Positions 57,107 to 64,000 of a DNA stretch of 64,000 bases are shown here, in pieces. The notes beneath the pieces are model-generated. The model saw nothing but the letters and a program-made list of their open reading frames with translations, ran no database searches and was not told the origin of the DNA. The first letter of the stretch is position 1. The number at the start of each line of letters is the position of its first letter. The position numbers and the translations under genes were made by a program. The DNA is taken from NCBI GenBank assembly GCA_040954595.2, contig CM082576.2:19515028-19579027 (forward strand), given 5' to 3'. This stretch comes from Balanoglossus misakiensis. Taxonomy: Eukaryota > Animalia > Hemichordata.

Positions 57107-57177
57107 AAAGTGTATAACCTCCAACACCCCATGGACGGTATCATGTCATCACCAGTAGCTATAGGTTCTTTTAACAC
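57107..57177 (-). pseudogene. Candidate internal exon of the degenerate OB-fold gene
   Basis: Strong acceptor (T-run)CTCTCAAG and donor GTAAGT. Open frame VLKEPIATGDDMIPSMGCWRLYT, in phase with the exon at 57354-57525. Confidence 0.45.
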
Positions 57178-57353
57178 CTTGAGAGAAAAAAATGGATTGT
57201 TACTGATAGATTACAAAGCACTGACAATACAAGAGGGGGAGGGGTAAGGTTTGTTGAGAGCAGTTGTTTTTTGCTAAACATTAGTGAAAATATGAAATTA
57301 TTGACATGTAGGATTTCAATTTTATGATGTAAGAGTATTTTATAATATCTCAC

Positions 57354-57525
57354 CGGGACTTCAGTTGTCGCTGTAGTATTTAACCCAAGTTTAACTGTGC
57401 CACCCACGTCCATGCATGGCAAGGTTTTCTCTCCCAAAAGTTTCAGTTTGGTATCCCAGTTACCATCAGTTGCACTTACTCCACGCCTTCTAAGTTGAAT
57501 GCGATTTACCATCACAGGATTCATA
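57354..57525 (-). pseudogene. Candidate exon encoding the C-terminal half of an RPA70-like OB fold (degenerate)
   Basis: Acceptor TTGTCTTTGCACCACAG, donor GTGAGA. Peptide MNPVMVNRIQLRRRGVSATDGNWDTKLKLLGEKTLPCMDVGGTVKLGLNTTATTEVP resembles the OB pattern 'R.h.h.D.tg.h.h.LWGE....h..G.hh.h...L.tt..t.h', with W->L and an apparent deletion. Confidence 0.5.
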
Positions 57526-57648
57526 CTGTGGTGCAAAGACAATTAAAAACATCGATTGTAAGTCATTTAGTAGTGATACCATTGTGACCAAACCTCGTTT
57601 TAAAATACATGTAATCTGTACTCGAAACTATCATTTTTTTCTTTCTAG

Positions 57649-58569
57649 AATATTAGAACGCGCTCAAAAATAAAAATGCGACCTGTAAGCGAGTGCCGCG
57701 TTTCAATTGGTACTGACGATAAACACCGCCACTCGGAGATAAAATCAACGTTTTTTTTTTTTAATGCAAGTGAACGCATGGAGGCGGCCATATTGAATTT
57801 AGGTTACATCCCAAGACATTCCGACTGGGCTTCAGGTGGATTCGGGAAAGGTCTCTAAAACATAATCGGTCATCCAATTTTGTATACTAAATTTCTAAAA
57901 ATGTAGGACATGGGAGGTTAACATACCCACAATGACTACACACAAAAAAGGGCCCAGGCGTTTCGGGGTGCGATTGTTACGTACCTTAGCTCCATCATCT
58001 GCAACCATGCAGCCAAGGAGTGGCAGTGAAATTGTGCCTCATTGAGGATACAGTCTAGATCCGGAATTCAGCCAACGGCAAACTGTTTAGCGTGCCTTGT
58101 ATGCAGCAGGATGGCAACGTTCTGGAACTTAAATTCTGGAAAGAAAATCCGAAATAGCTGAACAGATAACAGAAGAGAGAATACATACAGCTCCGCAACT
58201 TTTCCACTGGAAGATATAATACCATTTGCCTCTATGATAGAGCAAAGGTATGTTATAATCGCACCCCGAAACTTATGGGCCTTTTTTTGCCGTAGTCATT
58301 TCGGGTATCTTAACCTCCCATCTTCTGCATTTTTAGAAATTTACTCTACAAAATTGAATGACCCATTACATTTTAGAGACGTTTCCCGAATTCAACCGAA
58401 GCCTAATCGGAAGGTCTTCGGATGTAATCCAATATGGCAGCCTCCATGCGATCACGTACATTGAAAATCCATTGATTTCATCGCCGATTACCGATGTTTA
58501 TCGTCAATACCGATTCAAACGCGGCACTCGTTTACAAGTCGCATTTATTTTTGATCGCGTTCCAATATT
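57649..58569. repeat. Long diverged inverted repeat: arms ~57649-57998 and ~58234-58569, spacer ~235 bp
   Basis: Collinear reverse-complement matches along the whole arms, e.g. CGAGTGCCGCGTTT, TGACGATAAACA, GCATGGAGGC.GCCATATTG, TTCGGGAAA.GTCTCTAAAA, TAAATTTCTAAAAATG, ATGGGAGGTTAA, TTTCGGGGTGCGATT. No clear TSD. Confidence 0.9.
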
Positions 58570-58653
58570 TTAAACAAACTAGATTACTGATAAAAATGCT
58601 CAAAATTTTTCCTCCAAATGCCACCTTTACGGATTCAGTCACACAACTTACAG

Positions 58654-58816
58654 ACTACGCCAAACTTTTTTCCAGATCATACCTTGCGGGCGAAAAGCGA
58701 TGGATATACCTGAAAAATTTGTAACAGAATTGTATCATCCGCCACAAATAATGATATCAGAAGTCGAGATATCTCCACAGAAGAAGAGGGTGTGCGTTGT
58801 AGGAAAAGTCCATGAT
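58654..58816 (+). pseudogene. Candidate exon encoding the N-terminal part of an RPA70-like OB fold
   Basis: Open frame ...IIPCGRKAMDIPEKFVTELYHPPQIMISEVEISPQKKRVCVVGKVHD followed by donor GTGAGT (58817). 'ISE.......RV.VVGKV.D' fits the first helix and beta strand of RPA-type OB folds. The acceptor could precede 58654 or 58676. Confidence 0.5.
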
Positions 58817-59136
58817 GTGAGTACTGTCAAATGTTGCACAAATAGCCGTTAAACCTGAAATATAGATTGAAAGTGGATATTGTTTTACACAATTTTTGAA
58901 CATTGAAGTAAAGTATTAGAATGATGGAATCCGATAAAAAAAGTGAGTTGGTAATTTCGGCATCCGACTTCGTTATTAAAAATGGAAAGGTTTGCGATTC
59001 GGTTCAAGTAGTATTTGCAAGTTTGAAAGGAAATATTTCATTGAAGTACAGTGGCAACTACTGCATTATTGAGAATCTTTGAAATGTTGATGAACGGAGA
59101 CTTATAATAGAATAAATGAAAACCTACCTTTAACGG

Positions 59137-59937
59137 TGTTAGGGTTACTACACCTGACAGACCGCTGGTCTGCGTCCGACCGATTCTGAGCTCCTAGCTC
59201 TTGTGGAGACATGCGGAGGTACAGCGGGTTAACGGTTAGGAAGTGTTGATGAAAGGAATGATTAATTACATAGGCCAATCAGGATCCTGGAGTTAGATAT
59301 TCGAGTGAAATGGTGAAAAAACGGGAATGCCGATTGGTTCAATTTAACCGGAGGGAAATTGCTACATTATATGACGTCAGTTGCGAACGATAATGCATAT
59401 ATTAAGTGTTACGATCTGTATAAAGGTCAAATACGATTTCAAGGGTTAATTAAGCCAGAGCTCGGGAATGTCAATGTTTGATAGTATTTGATTTTATGTA
59501 TTTGAAGTAGATAGGGAGAGCGGGTGTTTAACTGACTGCTCTGATTCTCAATCATCACCGAACTGACTTTGTTATATAACACTTTATGTAAATTGGTACG
59601 TATAGAGTTGACTGATGTCCAATGAAATTGTAACACATTGTATTTGTGATATTTTACATTATTAACCACGCCTTGAGAAAAGTAATTATAAGAGAACTTT
59701 GTTTCCAAAGTTAGAGAGAATAATCTAACGGGAGATGGGAGTACCTCAGGCTACTGAGCTCGTTCCCTTCCTCATGTACTTTACTGGGCGTATTTGATGT
59801 ACTATATAATTCCGGACAATAAATGAACGTGAATCAGATACGTGTCTCCGTGGATCACTGTTCCCGTCAGAGCCCGATACCTCATCGCTACAGATTCCCC
59901 GATGCATGAACAATCATGAGAAACCAGCCGTAATACA
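59137..59937 (+). promoter_or_regulatory. Putative 5' LTR (~801 bp)
   Basis: TGT...ACA termini ending directly at the PBS. CCAAT 59275, TGACGTCA 59372, TATAAA 59419, AATAAA 59818. The 5' boundary is inferred from TGTTA and a composition shift; the 3' LTR is not in the window. Confidence 0.65.
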
Positions 59938-59954
59938 TGGTGGAGATACGTGGG
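59938..59954 (+). other. Primer binding site, tRNA-Ala-like
   Basis: TGGTGGAGATACGTGGG immediately follows ...ACA. The first 10 nt are complementary to the ATCTCCACCA 3' end typical of animal tRNA-Ala. Confidence 0.7.
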
Positions 59955-60012
59955 TAGACGAAACAAATCCATCGGAGACAGAAACGGCGACGTCCAGCGG
60001 AAAGATTACAGC

Positions 60013-63000
60013 ATGGATCGCGAGATGCTAAACGACATGAACAGTCAATTATCGGAAATACGACAGGTTACACTCAGAGCTGGAGGTCAGGTAGGCCCAG
60101 GTTTCTTTTCGGGTACAGAGACTGAGAATGCACACCGATGGTGGAAAAAATATATAGACTTTGCTGACTTTAAGCAATGGTCAGACGAGAAACGGCTTAA
60201 AGGAATCGGACTATATTTGACTGGTGAAGCGGAGCGATGGTTCTACAGACTGTCTGCTGAAAAGAAAAATGACTTGACGACACTGCAAAATGTCTTCCTC
60301 GCTCGTTTTGATAAGTGCGGTCCGATGTGGCTGTATGACGAGAAACTGTTTCGCCTGAAGCAACTGCCGGACCAGACTGTTGAACAATATGCGGAATTAA
60401 TATGCGAAAAAGCAGAAAAAGCGAAAAAGACTGATGAGGAACTACTATCTTTCTTCATGAACGGACTGAGACCGGACATACTAAAGTTCGTAGCGGGAAT
60501 GTCACCTGAGGACTTCGAAACAGCGTACAAACATGCTCGAACAGCAGAGGTCGTGGCAGGATTACCAGAGACAGACGAGCCAGAAGCGGGTCTTTTACAA
60601 CAAATCTCGACACGGATTGACGACATGAAACAAGAAGATGAAGAAATGAAGACCAAATCAAGCGCGGCAGATCATCGAGGACGATCGACAAAAAGAGAGA
60701 AGAAATCGCCGAATTACAGAGCAAGAGAACGAACAATAGACAATAAGGTAAAGAGGAACAGATATAATTTTACTGGACACTCTGCCCAACGTTTTCCTCG
60801 ACATAGTCAATTTAATTCCCGTGCATGTTTTAATTGTGGGCGTTACGATCATATAGCTAGAAATTGTTCAAAATATGGGTTCTCTGGAAATGTTTCGAAG
60901 CCTAGTCGGAAATTTTATTTTGATGGATCGTCCGACAGGAGGTCATGTACAGGTATAAATGCACTCGGGAAAGAGGGTGCCTATAATGTTAAAGATGGTG
61001 TAAACTTTGTTAACAAAGATGGGTGTGCTTTTCATGAGAATGTTATTCCAATTTCAATATGTCATGAAAAAGTGACGTCATTAATTGATACTGGAGCACA
61101 TATTACTGTAGCTCCTATTCGGTTGTTAGAGCTTATTCCCGCTCTAAAGAATTATCCGATGTTCAAGTCCAGATATAATTGTGTACATACAGCACACGAA
61201 GACAAATTGAAGGTAATTGGATTTATGAAAATACCTGCTTTTATTGGGAATAAGCGTGTATTACTGTATGTTAATTTAGTTGAGTCTCTTCAGCATAATC
61301 TGATTTTGGGACTTGATTTTATGAAGCGTTATAGAGCTGTTATTGATTTCAAGGGTAATATTTTAAGATTACAATCAGACGTACCGTTAAGAACAAATGT
61401 TGATGTTAACATTTCACCTGGAAGTGAAATGGTTATTCCAGTGAAAGTACCGTATAAATATCTTACTGGAGTTTTAGGTTATATTTGTGATAAACGAACA
61501 CGCGTTACCCCGGGTATTTTGGTAGCTAAGGGGTTGGCCTATTCGAATAAGAATTTTCTTCCCATGCGAGTTGTAAACACTTTGGATACTGTGGTCAAAA
61601 TTAAGAAAAACAGTGTTGTTGGAATGTTTTCGCCTTTGCCCCGTAATAGTGAAATAGTCCCACTCGATAATACTGCCGTTAATTGTGTCTCACCTCAAGG
61701 GCCCCGTACACAGAAAGAGACGGATTATTTGATGGGTCAATTGAAATTTAATGAATTAGAGATAACTAAGGCACAGCGTAAACAGCTTAGAGATGTTTTA
61801 CTGCACAATATGGAAGCTTTTGTTGATTCTAGTGGTCGTTTAGGCAACTGTGATGTAATCAAACATACAATACGATTACAAGAGGGTGCTGCCCCGTTCC
61901 GTCGCCCACCTTACCGAGTAACGCCTGAGAAAAGGCGTGAACTTGAGCGACAAGTTGATCAGCTGTTAGAACAAAATATTATCGAGCCGTCCACTTCACC
62001 GTTTGCTAGTCCAGTAGTTTTAGTCAAAAAGCCTGATGGTTCGTGGCGTTTTTGCACAGATTTCCGTCATTTGAATAATATTACAGTGCCTGATTCGTTT
62101 CCCTTACCTAGAACTGACGAATCTCTTGAAATGTTAGGCAAGAATAAGCCTCAGTATTTTTCGACGCTTGATTTACAGTCAGGATTTTTTCAATTGGAAT
62201 TAGATGAAGAGAGCAGACCAAAAACAGCTTTTGTCACACATCAAGGTTTATATCAATACAGGAGACTTGCCCAGGGGTTGCGAAATAGTCCCAGTTGTTT
62301 TCAGCGTACTATGCAACACGTGTTACGCAATATTATGTGGCAATATGTGTTATGTTATATCGATGATATTATTATATTTAGCAGCTCTTTTGAGGAGCAT
62401 CTTCAACACATTGATACTGTCCTAACCAGGTTACGTCAAGCTGGATTGAAATTAAAGCCCAGCAAATGTCAATTTATGAGAAAGAGTGTTAAATTTTTGG
62501 GTCATATTATCAGTAAGAATGGAATTGCGGTTGACGAGAGTAAAGTAACAGCTGTTAAAGAATATCCCCGTCCTCATACTGTCACACAGCTGAAATCATT
62601 TTTGGGGTTGGCCAATTATTATAGAAAGTTTATAAAGAATTTCTCGATCATTGCAAGGCCTCTGCATAAATTGTTGGGAAAGGACACGAAATTTGAATGG
62701 GATGATCGATGCGAACATGCATTTGAGAAATTAAAACATGTCCTGTGTCAAGCACCAATTCTAGGGTATCCTGATATGAATGAAAATTTCACAATTTATA
62801 CCGATAGTTCCACTCATGCCCTGGGGTTTGTTTTAGCTCAACGACAGAATGGTGTTGAACGAGTGATTTTATATGGGGGTCGAAGTTTAAACTGTCACGA
62901 AAGAAATTACTCAATTACAGAATTGAAAGCTTTGGCCGTCATTCATGCTATCCGACAATGTGATCACTATGTACGGAGCAACCATGTCACTATAGTGACT

Positions 63001-63999
63001 GATCACTCCAATCTGACTTACATGTTTAAACAGAAAATACCAAGGGGGCGTATTGGCCGTTGGATAATGACCATGCAGCAGTACGATTACGAAATTATCT
63101 ATAGACCTGGTAAGAAACATATGAATGCTGACGGGTTGTCAAGGAGACCATATCAACAATGTGAGGGGTACAAGTCTGACGTCACTGATTTAGAGCATGC
63201 GCCTGAAATGAATTACAAGCCTAACAGTCAGCCAATGGTAGATAAGTGTGTAAACACTGAGCCCATAAACTCACCTTGTATAAATAATATACATACAGGG
63301 CAACAAACCGAACCTAGGGTTCATAATTCTGCTAATAGTGAGGACACATCTGGGTATGGGATTTTACTTAACAGTTCTAACGACACTTCTAACACTGACG
63401 TGGAGGAAAATGCTTCCAACACTGAAGTGGATAAAACATTCGACAGTGAGGTGCAATCACGAATGAAGGGAGAACAGAGAAAGGATGATTATTTGAGTAA
63501 ATTTCTTAATTATTTAGAGAATGATGAGTTACCAACTGATCAAAAGTTAGCTCGTAAATTTGTTAGTATGGCTCCAAATTATGACATTGTTGACGGGGTT
63601 TTGTATCATTTTTGGAAACCCACGGGGAAATCAGCTAGTAAATTAGATTGTGTTAGACAGGTTGTGATACCTAAGTCCTTAAGAAATTATGTTCTGCGGT
63701 GGGCTCATGATTGTGTTTTAGCGGGACATTTGGGATACACTAAAACGTTGGGAGTTTTAAGACAGAGGTATTTTTGGGAAAGGATGCCCCGGGATGTTAA
63801 TATGTACGTAAAGACATGCGCACATTGTCACACACGAAAGAGAGCCACACCCCCTACTCATGCTAAGTTGTTACCTATTCCAGTATCAGGACCCTGGGAC
63901 CGACTGGGTATGGATATTGTGGAACCCCTCCCTAGAACGTATGATGGTCATAAATACATCTTAGTCCTTACTGATTACTTTACTAAATTTCCACTAGCA
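60013..63999 (+). CDS. Gag-Pol polyprotein, single uninterrupted ORF of at least 1329 codons (3'-partial)
   Basis: Translated by hand with no stop. Capsid motifs (FSG...RWW, LTGEAERWF, FMNGL); zinc knuckle CFNCGRYDHIARNC 60826-60867; protease LIDTGA 61081 and ILGLDF; RT SPFASPVVLVKKPDGSWRFCTDFRHLN and YIDD 62356-62367; RNase H YTDSS/TDH/ADGLSR; integrase H-X6-H...CAHC and MDIV/TDYFTKF. Confidence 0.97.
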   Translation, partial: MDREMLNDMNSQLSEIRQVTLRAGGQVGPGFFSGTETENAHRWWKKYIDFADFKQWSDEKRLKGIGLYLTGEAERWFYRLSAEKKNDLTTLQNVFLARFDKCGPMWLYDEKLFRLKQLPDQTVEQYAELICEKAEKAKKTDEELLSFFMNGLRPDILKFVAGMSPEDFETAYKHARTAEVVAGLPETDEPEAGLLQQISTRIDDMKQEDEEMKTKSSAADHRGRSTKREKKSPNYRARERTIDNKVKRNRYNFTGHSAQRFPRHSQFNSRACFNCGRYDHIARNCSKYGFSGNVSKPSRKFYFDGSSDRRSCTGINALGKEGAYNVKDGVNFVNKDGCAFHENVIPISICHEKVTSLIDTGAHITVAPIRLLELIPALKNYPMFKSRYNCVHTAHEDKLKVIGFMKIPAFIGNKRVLLYVNLVESLQHNLILGLDFMKRYRAVIDFKGNILRLQSDVPLRTNVDVNISPGSEMVIPVKVPYKYLTGVLGYICDKRTRVTPGILVAKGLAYSNKNFLPMRVVNTLDTVVKIKKNSVVGMFSPLPRNSEIVPLDNTAVNCVSPQGPRTQKETDYLMGQLKFNELEITKAQRKQLRDVLLHNMEAFVDSSGRLGNCDVIKHTIRLQEGAAPFRRPPYRVTPEKRRELERQVDQLLEQNIIEPSTSPFASPVVLVKKPDGSWRFCTDFRHLNNITVPDSFPLPRTDESLEMLGKNKPQYFSTLDLQSGFFQLELDEESRPKTAFVTHQGLYQYRRLAQGLRNSPSCFQRTMQHVLRNIMWQYVLCYIDDIIIFSSSFEEHLQHIDTVLTRLRQAGLKLKPSKCQFMRKSVKFLGHIISKNGIAVDESKVTAVKEYPRPHTVTQLKSFLGLANYYRKFIKNFSIIARPLHKLLGKDTKFEWDDRCEHAFEKLKHVLCQAPILGYPDMNENFTIYTDSSTHALGFVLAQRQNGVERVILYGGRSLNCHERNYSITELKALAVIHAIRQCDHYVRSNHVTIVTDHSNLTYMFKQKIPRGRIGRWIMTMQQYDYEIIYRPGKKHMNADGLSRRPYQQCEGYKSDVTDLEHAPEMNYKPNSQPMVDKCVNTEPINSPCINNIHTGQQTEPRVHNSANSEDTSGYGILLNSSNDTSNTDVEENASNTEVDKTFDSEVQSRMKGEQRKDDYLSKFLNYLENDELPTDQKLARKFVSMAPNYDIVDGVLYHFWKPTGKSASKLDCVRQVVIPKSLRNYVLRWAHDCVLAGHLGYTKTLGVLRQRYFWERMPRDVNMYVKTCAHCHTRKRATPPTHAKLLPIPVSGPWDRLGMDIVEPLPRTYDGHKYILVLTDYFTKFPLA

Positions 64000-64000
64000 T

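Larger units (their letters stand above)
59137..64000 (+). mobile_element. Ty3/Gypsy LTR retrotransposon, 5' part (continues beyond the window)
   Basis: Order LTR-PBS-gag-PR-RT-RNaseH-IN. Integrase after RT/RNase H is diagnostic versus Ty1/copia. Confidence 0.96.

Noticed and set aside
57985-58157. 57-codon minus-strand exon candidate in the inverted-repeat spacer
   Set aside because: In-frame TGA at 58068-58070, no recognisable homology, and nothing to suggest selenocysteine recoding.
60243-63120. Antisense and alternative-frame ORFs over the retrotransposon
   Set aside because: Shadow ORFs of the gag-pol frame, with no motifs of their own.

Overview
Eukaryotic, repeat-dominated genomic DNA; the element repertoire resembles that of marine invertebrates (inference). 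About 47.5 kb (5239-54789) is one unidirectional, AT-rich satellite array of 78-bp monomers plus a recurrent ~105-bp variant, with nested kb-scale duplications. All ORF-track entries inside it are artefacts of the 26-codon period. The array is interrupted once by a complete-looking ~2.07-kb Helentron-associated (HINE/DINE-1-like) element carrying its own 239-bp tandem repeat. Left flank: a LINE endonuclease remnant, a second HINE-like end and palindromic MITEs. Right flank: a 309-bp tandem repeat, a TIR element, a ~340-bp inverted repeat flanked by oppositely oriented exon-like pieces that together resemble an RPA-type OB-fold protein, and a Ty3/Gypsy retrotransposon (5' LTR, tRNA-Ala-like PBS, uninterrupted gag-pol ORF running off the window end, absent from the ORF track). 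I found no intact host gene, RNA gene or CRISPR array and cannot claim a new system. The best leads are the split OB-fold locus and the satellite/HINE interplay. All translations and alignments were done by eye.
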